From positions 133,300,001-133,364,000 of the forward strand of contig NC_042997.1 in the NCBI RefSeq assembly GCF_006345805.1: a DNA stretch of 64,000 nt, written 5' to 3'. Of the stretch, positions 48,947 to 61,479 are shown one piece after another (within the stretch, counting starts at the first letter, position 1; each line of letters begins with the position of its first letter). The stretch comes from Octopus sinensis. Its lineage: Eukaryota. The notes beneath the pieces were generated by a model that saw nothing but the letters and a program-made list of their open reading frames with translations, had not been told where the DNA came from and made no database searches. Both the position numbers and the translations under genes were made by a program.

Positions 48947-49234
48947 TAAAGGAATTTTGTAAAAATCTTCGTTCGACTCCATTCTTTTTATTTATTCATA
49001 TAAAAATAAAACACACAAATTTCCACACAGGAACACGGAGTTTTGCCCTTGTTCAACCGTGTTTTCTGACGTGAATTTGCTACCCAGGTATCGATTAACC
49101 GAAGTGTCCATACTAGGATAATTCATTCACCTACTTAAATATATATATATATATATATATATATAATAATATACATGTATAGATATATTTACATATATAT
49201 ATACATATATATATATTATATTATATATAATAAT

Positions 49235-49306
<72 letters not shown>

Positions 49307-49414
49307 GTAGGTAGGTAGGTAGGTAGGTAGATAGATAATGTGTGTATATGTCTGTGTATATGTGTATTTGCATATATATATAACATGCATATACACATAT
49401 ACATATATATATTT

Positions 49415-49478
<64 letters not shown>

Positions 49479-49597
49479 ATACATACATATATACATATAT
49501 ATATATGTATGTATATAAGTATACATATATATTATATATGGGTGCACAGACTCAGACACAAGATATATGTGTGTGTGTGTGGTGTGTGTGTGTGTGT

Positions 49598-49648
<51 letters not shown>

Positions 49649-49730
49649 ATATGTACTGCATTTTCAACTTTAAGCTTTTTTTTTAACTTTCCATCCGACG
49701 TGTGCCAGCAAATTTTTGTCTGATCTTCAG

Positions 49731-49791
49731 TGCGTCACGAAATCAAAAGGAAAGAGAACCACCGGTCTATTTACTCGTGAACAGAGATAAG
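49731..49791 (+). other. Candidate 61-nt internal exon
   Basis: Acceptor TTTTTGTCTGATCTTCAG, donor AAG|GTAATT; one open frame ASRNQKEREPPVYLLVNRDK; no homology recognised. Confidence 0.25.
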
Positions 49792-50779
49792 GTAATTAAT
49801 GGCGAAAGGTGCTTAAAGTGAATTATTGTTCAGTCGTTGCCGATGGAAATCTATGAGCAACAAGATCTAAGGGGTAAAATGTCTACAGCAGTCGTTTGAT
49901 TAAGTCGTAGACAGGGTGAAATAACAAAGAACAAAGCGAGTAGCGAAACAATATTTAAATGAAGTCGTACGGATCTCGACAGTTCAGAGGGTTCGGAATT
50001 TCCCAAAAAATAGTAAACAGTGTCTGTGAAGTGAGCGTGGCAGATATGATTTCAATTCAAACACGTTGGTTTGCATTCACTCCGTTAAATATCTCTAAAC
50101 TAAGAGAGTTTATGTTTGAGATAAGACTTCTGCAATTTCTGCAACTAAGTTATAGATAAAGCGCACCAGCTTTGGACGATAAAAGAACTGTTATTATTTG
50201 CAATAGATCTGAATGTATACACTCTGGCAGAGATTACAAAAACCCTTTCTACAAATTAATAGTAAATTTTATCCTTTTTCCAAACCAAACATAATAGACT
50301 AAAGATGAAATAAAGATAAAAAGGATCTTGCGAAGATAGTTCGGGAGATAAAAAAAGTACGAAAAAGGACAACTAGTTTATCGAATCCTCAACGTGGAGA
50401 TTTATATCACTTGATGCTGGAAATGATATTGATGGTTAGCATGTTACCGAGAGGTTTCTGATTGGAAATATCTACGTTATGTTACTCTGACGTTAAAATG
50501 GTTGTATCATTTTGGAATGCGGATTACATAGATTAAATTAACAAAAGAGATTAATTACTCAAATACTATATCACTTTGAAGAGAAAGTAATATAGATTGG
50601 AACTGAATCTCATTAGAAAAGCGTCAGTGTTTCCATTTTCAGACAATGAGGTTTTTATCCGATATCGTCTTAGCTTTTAATTTTTTATCTTGTCTGCCTC
50701 AGCGTGTAGTGAAATTAACGCCAGTTTGATATAGTACGGTAAAGTTTTGCACAGGTAGCATATATACATACATACATAC

Positions 50780-50869
<90 letters not shown>

Positions 50870-50891
50870 GCATATATATATATATACATAT

Positions 50892-51121
50892 TTCTTTACT
50901 ACCCACAAGGGGCTAAACACAGAGAGGACAAACAAGGGCAGACAAACAGATTAAGTCGATTATATCGACCCCAGTGCGTACCTGGTACTTATTTAATCGA
51001 CCCCGAAAGGACGAAAGGGAAAGTCGACCTCGTCGAAATATGAACTCAGGACGTAGCGGCAGACGAAATATCGCAAAGCATTTCGCCCGGTGTGCTAACG
51101 TTTCTGCCAGCTCGCCGCCTT
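50892..51121 (-). mobile_element. SINE family B, tail type 1, full length
   Basis: TTTCTTTACTACCCACAAGGGGCTAAACACAGAG..TTTCTGCCAGCTCGCCGCCTT. Confidence 0.95.
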
Positions 51122-51482
51122 TATATATATGTTAACTCTGGGCATGGATATGCAAGCCTACTATATGCAAGCACAGAGAATACAGATAACAACATGAGAA
51201 ACGTGAGGAATCAAATTTAAAATGAGCAGAAAATGGAGAAAACTTTTGATCAACAAACAAATTGACTACCATCGGTTAGATAGTTTTTCAAGTTTTGTAT
51301 TAAAAAGTATTTAACCGATGTTTAATGTAAATTTACGTTTAATTTATAATTTAAATTATATATATGTGTGTGTTTGCATGTACGTGTGTGTATGTATGTA
51401 TACAGAAAGATAGCATACACACACACATATATATATTGTTTGTGCGTATCTATATGTTAATGTAAACACACACACACACACA

Positions 51483-51537
<55 letters not shown>

Positions 51538-51713
51538 ATATACTCTGCATATATATGTATGTTCTTACTGTTGACAAAGGCTGCGTGGCGTTCAATTGTT
51601 AAATACATTACGTGCAGGACATCACAAACGAGCGAAAATACGTAAACACACGAGAGACAAGTACCAAACGAATGACAAGTACTAACGTGAGATAAATACC
51701 AATAGAAGTCTTA

Positions 51714-52582
51714 TCCTCAGTTGTCGACTGTTTATTATTAGCTGTTTCGTGCTTTTGACGTCAAGAATGGAAGATTTCGTAAGACAGCAGCATCCAGAAA
51801 TTTAGGGCTTCGAACGAACAAACGACACCAGAGTGGACTTGCAGAAATGATCAACGAAGACAGGTGTTTAGGGCCCTTAGGTCAAGACGGATTACAATGA
51901 GTAACGCCTAGGAGAAATTTTGAAAGGATAGAGAATAAATAGAGGAATAAAATAGAAGAGAAAAAAAGCATTGAGAGGCGAGGTAAATGACGTTCGGTTA
52001 GGTAGACGTCTCATCCAGAAAAGACAGAGACGAGAAAAATGGTCTGTAGTCACGTGTGAGAGGGGAAAGGGGACAAGTGAGAAGATGAGAGAAATAAATA
52101 AAGGGGGTGATGAGAAGGGAGAAGGAAAGAAATATAGAGTGAAAGAAAGATAGACAGGGGACAGCAAAAAAGGAGGGGAGGAAAAGAAATATAGAGGGTT
52201 ATAGAGAGATAGAGAGCTGTCACTCACACGTGATTACAGGCCATTTTTCTCGTCTCTATTTATTCTGGATGGGTCATCCAGAAAGCCGGACGTCATTTCT
52301 CTTGTCTCTTAATATCTTTTTTCTCTTCTGCTTATTCTGTATCTTTTCAAAATTTCTCCCATGCGTTACCCATTACAATTTGTCTTGGCCTAACGGCCCT
52401 AAACGCCTGTCTACATCAATTGTTTCTGTACCTCTACTCTGGTGTCGTTTGTTCGTTCGAAGCCCTAACTCTCCGCATATTTTATATTTAAAAAATTTCT
52501 GGATGCTGCTGTCTTATGAAGTATTTCTGTCTTGTCGCTAAAAGCACGAAACAGGTAATAATAAGCAGTCGAAAACTGAGGA
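51714..52582. repeat. Older inverted duplication, ~350-bp diverged arms (51714-52060 / 52223-52582), purine-rich spacer
   Basis: Anchors such as TCCTCAGTT..GTTTCGTGCTTTT, CAGCAGCATCCAGAAATTT, GACGAGAAAAATGG..CACGTGTGAG recur as reverse complements. Confidence 0.8.
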
Positions 52583-52585
52583 GGA

Positions 52586-52735
52586 GTTTCAGTTTCCGTC
52601 TACCAAATCCAATGGCAAGGCTTTAGTCGGCCCGAGGCTATAGTAGGTAACACTTGCCCGAAGTGCCACGCGGTGGGACTGAACCCAGAACTATGTGTTT
52701 GGAAAGCAAACGTCTTAACACACAGCCACGCTAAC
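52586..52735 (-). mobile_element. SINE family A, 5' portion
   Basis: TTTCAGTTTCCGTCTACCAAATCC..GTGGGACTGAACCCAG..CACACAGCCAC. Confidence 0.85.
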
Positions 52736-53089
52736 ACCTACACTTCCCCACACAGGTAGATATGTATGTATGCATGTATGTATATATGTATGTATGTATC
52801 TCAGTTTCCACAAGGTATTTCATTGCCTGTTTTGAAGGCGAAGATTATCATGTATACTTCGAGGTGGCTGCAATCAAATGACTGAAACAAGTAGAAGATA
52901 AAAGATTAGAAGTATATATATGTATATATAAAACAGTGAATAAATTCAAACGTTTACATCTGGCCGAAAGAATTTAAATATTTAACTTTATATATATAAG
53001 GGTATATATAATATGTCTGTCTGATATTATTCCGTTGACTTAATCAAGTTTCAAACTTCCTTGGCTGCTCATCAGTTTAATCCCAGCAA

Positions 53090-53124
<35 letters not shown>

Positions 53125-53269
53125 CCATCATTATTTCGCTAGTGAATGCTAATTTAGCAGGTATTTTCGTTAAGATACTTTCAGAATATTTGAAGGTACT
53201 TTTCGATGGTACTTTTCGAATGAATGCGCTCAACTTCTTTTATTGAGTATAATGGAAAGAATCAGCTGT

Positions 53270-53815
53270 CCAAAGCCAGCAGACTAATGTGACACTTGCT
53301 TACTGGTCATGCTCCAAGAACCTTGAGGATAACTTTCACAGTTCCAAGCAATGATGATTTTTGTAGGAGTTTACCTTTTCATTTGTACCAATCTTTTTGA
53401 GCCATCGCCATAAATGTTCAGTATTTCTTCTGTCTCTTTGCTCCTGTTGTCACTGAGACATGCTATGTCGATTATCATGTATGCTTTTTTTTCTCTTTTT
53501 CGTTCCCCACATCTGTGTCAAGTTTCTGATATATGATCTGATGGTCACACCGAATCATTGCATCCTATACAATTTTGCAATTTTCATTCGCAGTAACTCC
53601 TTCTGGGATTTTGGTCATACAACGTCTTTGCTCTTTGTAGGCTTTAATTTCCACAGAGCTCCCAATGGACCATTCTTGCCACAGTGTCATGACGTCTTTC
53701 TTATTTGCGTTGTGCCAATTTCAGGCTTTCATTAAAAATGTGTCATATTGTTTCACCCCTCTCACCACACATTCTGCATTTGTCACTCTCAGTTGTGTTG
53801 TCAATTCTGCACTTA
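53270..53815 (-). mobile_element. R4/Dong-like LINE 3' fragment
   Basis: DKCRMCGERGETI.HI..RRHDTVARMVHWELC..IIDIAC.. and LQKSSLLGTVKVILKVLG. Confidence 0.85.
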
Positions 53816-53829
53816 GATAGTTCATCTAT

Positions 53830-55205
53830 CATTATTATTATTATTATTATTTTTATTTTTATTGTTGTTGTTGTTGTTGTTTATTTATCATTATTTTCAT
53901 ATACACTCAAGAGATTAGACTGTTGGAAAAGAAGAGAATCCTAACATCGAGCTATAACAAGTAGCCTTAGATGCCAATAACCCACCTATTGGGTTACAGC
54001 AAGTAATTTCAGATGCCAAGAACCCTCCCAATTATCCTAGCTGTACCTAATAACACTGTTTTCTGCAGCTGTACTAAACTGGGTTTTATACCTCTTTCCT
54101 CTATCCATCTGTTCAGAAATTTAGGGATAGTTCCCAATGCACCTTGTTATCCTGGTGTTTTGTTAAATATTTGTCTGAATGTTTTTTTTTTATCATACAT
54201 AATGCACCTATTGAGATAGGAATGGCTTCTGTTTTTAGGCACCACATTCGCGTTATCTCTATTTCCAGATCTTTGTATTTTCAAAGTTTCTCCGTTTCTG
54301 TTAGAGAAACATTGTCATCTGTTGGTATTGATGCAACAATTAGAAAACCTTCTTTTTTCTTGATCTCTGACAACTATATCCGGCGTATTGTCCTTATTTT
54401 CTTTATCTGTGTGTATTGGCATTTCCCATAGTATGGTTGCTTTCTCAATTTCTTTGACCTTTTCTGGTATATACTTATACCATCTTTTTTCTGTTGTGAT
54501 TCCATAGTGTTGGCATAGCTTCCAATGTATATAGGTCCCAAATTTGTCGTGTATGTGAATATATTCCTTCTTAGTTAGGACTGGGCAGCCAGAGACAATA
54601 TGATTTATTGTTTCTTCTCCATTACACATATTCTGCAGTCATTTGTATTTCTTTTTATTGCATGTTTTTGGTGATTTCTGGCGAGAAGTCTTTGATCTTG
54701 TGCTGCAATTAAAAATCCTTCAGTCTCTGCTTTGAGTCCTGAGCTTCTCAGCCATTATTGGGATTTTGCTTTGTCTATTTCTTTTCTGCTTAGCTTAATC
54801 CAATATTTGCCATTAAGGGGCTTTTCTTGCCATCGTTTTATTATGATCCCTTGCTGTTTGGATTTCAGGTGTTTTAGAGCTTTCTTCTTTTTCTTTATAG
54901 TAATTAGGTACTATGACTTCTTTATTGTACTTGTCAGCTTCTTTAAAGACTGAAAACAGCTTTTTTTTTCGTGTTTTGTAGCTATTTGTATTAGTTTTCC
55001 TTGCTTCTGAAGTAGCTATTTCTGTAGTCCAATGGTGGTTATTTTGTACTAGTTTTCTAGCTGTGTGAGACCTCTAACACCTTTTGCACATTTTTCTAAG
55101 CCAAATTACATGTTTATTTCTTTGGTAAATCCATGTACTGTCTGCTGTAATGTTTCCGGCTGTTTATCGTTTGTAGCGTACAGTTTTAGATCATCCATTA
55201 CCATC
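53830..55205 (-). mobile_element. R4/Dong-like LINE fragments (RT C-terminus to RLE), apparently two fused 3' ends
   Basis: MDDLKLY..FGLEKCAK; WLRSSGLKAETEGFLIAAQDQ; EETINHIVSGCP..IHWKLC..ILWEMPIHTDKE..PDIVV; then two different GAL-motif tails, the last ending LQKTVLLGTARIIGRVLGI*; TAA/CAA tail. Confidence 0.88.
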
Positions 55206-55256
55206 ATCATCATCATCGTCATCTTCATCATCGTCGTCGTCGTCGTCGTCGTTATC

Positions 55257-55288
<32 letters not shown>

Positions 55289-55292
55289 CATT

Positions 55293-55335
<43 letters not shown>

Positions 55336-55364
55336 CCATCATCATCACCATCATCATCACCATC

Positions 55365-55432
<68 letters not shown>
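55195..55432. repeat. Long (CAT)n/(CGT)n trinucleotide tract
   Basis: Direct reading; similar tracts at 43760-43885 and 53093-53130. Confidence 0.97.
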
Positions 55433-55433
<1 letters not shown>

Positions 55434-55985
55434 TTTTTGTATTTGTTATGCGGGGTGTGTTTTGGATTTTTTTTTATCTGGAATTCTCTGTTAATCTAAT
55501 TGCTGATATTAATGGGCATGTCCGTTTTGATATGTATCGTGTTATGTATTGTTACTATGTTCGTATGTATTATTACTAATGATGGATATATTTATTTACG
55601 GAGAAACGTCTGATATTGCAAGTGCTATTTCATGGTTAGGAACTTTTGCTTAAGTAATTTTCATTTGCTCACGTATGACGATTCTTTGGTGAATGTTATT
55701 GGTGAAATTGTCAATTAAGCCAATCAAAGAATTTGTTGAACTAATTAACTTTGTAAACGTTTCAGCACTGGTTTCTTTGTTACAGTCTATTCCGCTCAAA
55801 CTCATTGCAGGTTGTGTAACTGCGAGTTCTACGCTTGGTGCAGTTCGGATTTGGCAAGGTAGTCCCGATAGCCACATATAGATAGCCCGTCAACAAAACG
55901 ATGTATAATTTTAGCTTTCAGAAATTAACCCTGGCACCTCATCAGCGAGTTTGTTCGCACCATCGATGGTACTTTACTTTCCACC

Positions 55986-56443
55986 AGGCGGCGAGCTGGC
56001 ACAACCGTTAGCACGCCGGGCGAAATGCGTAGCCGTATTTCGTCTGCTGTTGCGTTCTGAGTTCAAATTCCGCCGAGGTTGACTTTGTGTTACATCCTTT
56101 CAGGGTCGATTAAATAAGTACCAGTTAGGCACTGGGGTCGGTATAATCGACTTAATTCCTTTGTTTGTCCTTGTTTGTCCTCTCTGTGTTTAGCTCCTTG
56201 TGGGCAATAAAGAGATAGAAACGTTAGCACGCCGGGCGAAAGTCTTAGCGGATTTCATCTGTCTTTACATTCTGAGTTCAAATTCCATTGAGATCGACTT
56301 TGCCTTTCATCCTTTCGGTGTCGATAGCCCGTCCATACATTTGGTTTTACTTCTCTTCAATTAAGTACCAGTTGCGTACTGGAGTCGATCTAATCGACCC
56401 CTTCCCCAAAATTTCGGGCCTTGTGCCTAGAGTAGAAAAGAAT
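55986..56443 (+). mobile_element. SINE family B head-to-tail dimer (type 1 then type 2)
   Basis: Junction ..AATAAAGAGATAG|AAACGTTAGCACGCC; second core interrupted by a ~33-bp insertion. Confidence 0.9.
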
Positions 56444-56477
56444 GTTTAATCGGTCGGTTTTGTAAAACATTTACGTC

Positions 56478-56636
56478 GCTGTGTGGTAAGTAGCTTGCTT
56501 ACCAACCACATTGTTCCGGGTTCAGTCCCACTCCGTGGCACCTTGAGCAAGTGTCTTCTACTATAGCCTCGGGCCGACCAAAGCCTTATGAGTGGATTTG
56601 GTAGACGGAAACTGAAAGAAGCCCGTCATATATATG

Positions 56637-56684
<48 letters not shown>

Positions 56685-56915
56685 GGTGTGTGTGTGTATG
56701 TGTGTGGATGTGTGTCTGTGTTTGTCCCCCCAACATCGCTTGACAACCGATGCTGGTGTGTTTACGTCCCCGTAACATAGCGGTTCGGCTAAAGATACCG
56801 ATAGAATAAGTACTAGGCGTACAAAGAATAAGTCTTAGGGTCGATTTGCTCGACTAAAGGCGGTGCTCCAGTATGGCCACAGCCACATGACTCAAACAAG
56901 CAAAGAGTATAGAGT
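56478..56915 (+). mobile_element. SINE family A, full length
   Basis: Colinear with the consensus. Confidence 0.95.
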
Positions 56916-57875
56916 AAAGAGATATATTGCAAACTGTTTTGTGTTGACTTGAATTTGTATCTCATTATAACTAAAATAAAACTACGACGTTCAGCTTGAG
57001 AGCGAGCAAGCTGTGTTAGTTTTTTTTTTTTTTTATCTAAGCCCATGATACCAATCCCAACACTGAATGCAACAGTGGGAGAAAACATAAATTTCGTTGT
57101 TAAAACAGTTATTTCAGAACATGTAATTAGTTTGTGAAATAAATATAACATCCAAACTGAGTGCAACAAATCTAAACATAAAGGAGAGCTATTTTCCAAT
57201 GCATTGTAATAGAAGAAACCAAGGAATAGTAAAACCATGGAAAGAGTAATGTAATGATAGTTCTATGAAGAAAACCGTTGTATGTTAACAATGGAAGAAG
57301 GAAGGTAAGGCAGCTGCAGAGAATTGGTAATGTATTAACAATAACATATAAATTGGCCGCGAGCAGCAAGAAGAAAAAACTACAATGTATGTACAATAGA
57401 GAGAGAAAGAGATAGAGAAATACGAATGGAGCTGATTGTGTATTGTTTATCCTCAGGATGAAAAGTTCTTAGGCTTTATAAGGGTAATGTAAAGAGATTC
57501 TGCTTTTCCTGTGGACAGTTTTATGGATAAAAAAGATGGCAATTATGGATATGTATTTCAGCAAAAGCAACGTTAAATAAGAAGACAGAAAGAAAAAGGA
57601 AGGAAAAAGATCAGCTTTGAGACAATAAAGAGACCGTACATACAAAGAATAAGTTGAAAAGCAAAAACTTTGTTGTAATGTTGGTGTGGTGAAAGAAGAA
57701 TAGATTATGCTCGTAGCTTGTTGTATACAACAAACTATCTGACCCAGGCGATGTCAATGTTGTTAACGTTGTCTTGAACAATTACTATTCGAAGCTGCTT
57801 CAAAAACGTGTAGAGAGAAGGAAATCAAGAAGACTGAGGCTGTAGAGTGGCTGGACTGAGTTTAGAGCAGCAACA

Positions 57876-57955
57876 TTGAGTGTAGAGTCGCAGGATTGAG
57901 TGTAGAGTGGCAGGATTGAGTGTAGAGTCGCAGGATTGGGCGTAGGGTGGCAGGA
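57876..57955. repeat. 20-bp minisatellite, ~4 units
   Basis: ATTGAGTGTAGAGT(C/G)GCAGG repeated. Confidence 0.9.
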
Positions 57956-58526
57956 TAGGATGTAGTATTTATTACAGGAATCAGGGTGATCAAAATACAA
58001 GGGACGAGAGCAGGAGAGTCAAGAATGTTTTAACTCAAAATGACATAGGTTGTAATTATGAGATCAATCTAAGAAGGGATATTCTGAAATTTAATACGTA
58101 CGTTTCAAGTTTGTGTAATTTATAATAGAGAACGCATCCATTACGTAAACTTTTCTCAGTTGCAGTTGGTGTTGCTAAAAAAGGAAGGGATGGGAGAAAG
58201 AGCGGTTATATGCCAGAGATTTCAGTGTACTAGTCTGCGACTTTATGCTAATCACTCGACTGACAGATGTAGGAGCCGTTAGTAATCCATTGTAAGTCTC
58301 ACCCATAGAAAGTAGTTATCAGGGGCCAAAGTATTTTCGGGACCTAAAGAGGAAGGCTAGTTTTTTTTCTTCACTTGCATTATTTATTATGCTGAGGATG
58401 AGTGTTAGGTATCAGAGATCTTCTGTAACGGTGACGCATAACAATTATCGTGATGGTTTTTGCTGTGTGGTGTTCATGCTTAGAATGTGGAGATGCTATC
58501 AATCTATCTATATCTATCTATCTATC

Positions 58527-58625
<99 letters not shown>

Positions 58626-58689
58626 CATCTATCTATCTATCTATCTATCCATCCATCCATCCATCTATCTATCTAGCTAGCTAGCTAGC

Positions 58690-58732
<43 letters not shown>

Positions 58733-58767
58733 GGGGGAGAGAGAGAAAGAGATAGATAGATAGATAG

Positions 58768-58832
<65 letters not shown>

Positions 58833-60331
58833 TGGTGATAAGAAATTTCAGTCCCGGAAAATTCGGTCCCAATAAATTTGGCCCCAGACAATCTTTCAAA
58901 TCGGTATCCGGTCATTTCGCCCACTATAGAGTCTGTTCGACCACACATCATTTCGTCCACCGGATAACAAATATTTCCAATTTTAAGAAACCCTAATATG
59001 GCTGCAAAATGTTTTAAAGGTGAGAAAAAAAACAATGACCAATTAACTGATGAACTTAATTATGTTTACAACTTTCATAAGTTTAGTTCCGATGAGACAA
59101 GGAAACTATGCTCGTGTTCAAACAGAGAATAAACCAGATGAATCAATAATTATTTGAACAATCAATAGTTATGATCACGAACCAGCACCGAATGTAGTGG
59201 AAACATGATTCGCTATTTCAATATTAAGAAAAAAAGTTGCAAGATGGAGATGAAACAAGTACTCGAGTGCTCATTTCAGAAGCTACAAAAAATATTAGTG
59301 AGAATGCGAAATATGAATTACCACGGTTGCAAACAGTTTCTAGAAGCTTTACAATTTGGCGCAATAAAGCTGTTGGTGCTCCTCCGTTGCCTCTTCATCG
59401 AACTGGATTCCTTTAAATACTTCGAAGGCTGTGATTTCTTCCTACAATGCGACAAGGCAGTAATTATGAACAGAGGATTTTAATCTTTGCCTCTAACGAA
59501 GGTCTTTAACAACTGGAAAACACCTCATTTTTAGGAATGGATGGTACATTCAAATCATCACCAAGTGCATCGTATCAGCTTTTCACTATTCATACTATCC
59601 TAAATGGTAGATCTTGTCCTCGAACTTTCATTATACTGCCGGATAAAACACAAGATTTTTCTTGAGATAAAAAAATTGCGGCTCAATATTAAACCTCATC
59701 AAGCATTGATTGACTTTGAACGAGCAATTCGTAACAGCTGTGTCTATAACTTTACTGGAAGCACCAGCGTATATCGTTTATTTCATTTTTGCCAGACAGT
59801 TTATAGAAAATTATGCTAACTCGGATATAAAGTTCAATATATTACTGATGGTTTTTTGCCACTAAAATAAAAATGTTCTACGCACTGACATTTTTACCAC
59901 CAGAAGAAATAATTGATACTTATGGAAACCCCTGTCAGGACAAATCAGTTTCAATAGATTTTATATGCTATTTCGAGCTGACATACATTGGACCAAAGAG
60001 AGGAAGACGTGGAAGACGTGGAAGACGGGAAGAGCCCTTGTATCCGGTTCATTTTTGGAATGCTTACAGTCAAGTAGTTCAGGAATTGCCTCGGACAAAC
60101 AATGCTCTTGGGGGGCTTCTGTCAGCATTGCACACATCAATAACAAGCAAGCACCCAAACATCTGGAAGCTTATTGATACTCTCCGAAAAGAAGAATCCC
60201 TTACACATACCAAAATAATTCCTGCTCAAAGAGGTGATAATCCACATAAAAAGAGAAAATATCAGTCAATAGATACGCAGATAAAAAACCTTGTGCAGTC
60301 TGCCAGAATTTTCGACTCGAGTCAAATATAA
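58833..60331 (+). pseudogene. Mutator-like (MULE) transposon with decayed transposase
   Basis: MDGTFKSSPSASYQLFTIH (59537), LIDFERAI..FHFCQTVYRKL, PRTNNALGG..KHPNIWKLIDTLRKEE are MULE motifs; a TTCGNCC subterminal repeat array at 58845-58970. Confidence 0.9.
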
Positions 60332-61479
60332 CAAACTACTCTAAATCATTGTTAGAGAATCCCCATAAGTGGAGTCTAGGGTGGCATAAGTTGTAATAAT
60401 GACGTCAAGTCAAACCATATAGCAATATATTGGAATTATTTAATACGTGCGTTTCATGTCTACGTAAATTATATTAGGAAACGCATCCATTACGTAAATC
60501 TTTCTCAGTTAAAGTATTTCAGAATATGAAGAAATTGATAGAAATTTTCAATAAATACATGGTAGCCGAGTTACTGTTCTACTCCCACATCAATCGTAAA
60601 TATTTCTGTATCTGGTGTGTGTTTGTAAATCAATGTGTATGTGTGTGCGTGAGAGAGAGAGGGGGGAGAGAAGGGGCGTTTGTATATGTGCATGTCTACG
60701 TGTGTGTATGTGGGTGGATGTACGATGTGGTGAGCTTATGAAGTGGAGAGGCGTAGATTTGGAGATTTCCATTGTATGAGGTGCTGAGTTCGGATAAAAT
60801 TCGGATCAGCAAATGGTAAGTCTTCCCTCAAGAGAGTACTGGTCGTAGAACCATAGTGGTTAGAGATCAAAAGGAATGGTTGCAGTTCGGATTGAAGGAG
60901 AACTTGCTAGCTGCACGGTGCATAGAGGCATCTCTCGTGGTTCTAGTATAGTCTCGTAGGAGTTACGATTATATGTAGCTAGTATCATAATTGTTTTTTT
61001 TTTATGCTTATAAGAAAAAAAGTTGAAAAATAAAACTAATTTAATATATGTTTTGACATTGGACTGAGTTAATAAAAAATAAAAACAACGTAAATCCTCT
61101 GTCGACTTCGACGACGAGTATTCTACCTACACGATCAACAGACCATTCTGTTAATTTCTATATGATTGTGTGCTTCTCAGACACACCTACACTCTTCACA
61201 CACTAACCAATCAGAACAACGTGTATGTGTGTGTGTGTAAGTGTGTGTGTGTGTGTGTGTGTGTGTGTAAGTGTGTGTGTGTGTGTGTAAGTGTGTGTGT
61301 GTGTGTGTGTGTGTGTGTAAGTGTGTGTGTGTGTGTGGTGTGTGTGTGGTAAAGCTATCACTCTGTATTACTCGCGGGTTTCCATACAGTCTCCGTCTAA
61401 TCAATTTCACTGCCGACCCGAGAAAACAGTGAAAAATACTTGCAAAAAATGCTACGCAATAGGATCAAACCCGGGACCT

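Larger units (their letters stand above)
48221..48995. repeat. 775-bp near-perfect palindrome (arms 48221-48604 / 48615-48995, 10-nt spacer)
   Basis: I count about 5 substitutions and one 3-nt homopolymer indel over ~380 bp; centre GTGTGTGTATATA-ACTGCTTTTG-TATATACACACAC. Confidence 0.97.

Noticed and set aside
55920-55950. CTGATGAGG..GAAA on the minus strand, and CTGATGA-AGTCA..TGACT at ~63055
   Set aside because: The first lacks stems I and III; the second lacks the GAAA core after stem II.
55650-55960. Gypsy gag-like fragment (WLSGLPCQIR)
   Set aside because: One short motif with no LTR, PBS or pol nearby.
57876-57955. CRISPR-like or regular arrays (also 4541-4581, 3694-3753, 13866-13915)
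   Set aside because: Simple tandem repeats with no unique spacers in a eukaryotic context.
677-61410. Most ORFs in the supplied track (poly-YI, HT, VC, MYVC, poly-His, poly-Met/Ile)
   Set aside because: They are translations of (TA)n, (CA)n, (CATA)n, (GATA)n and (CAT)n microsatellites or SINE bodies, not genes.
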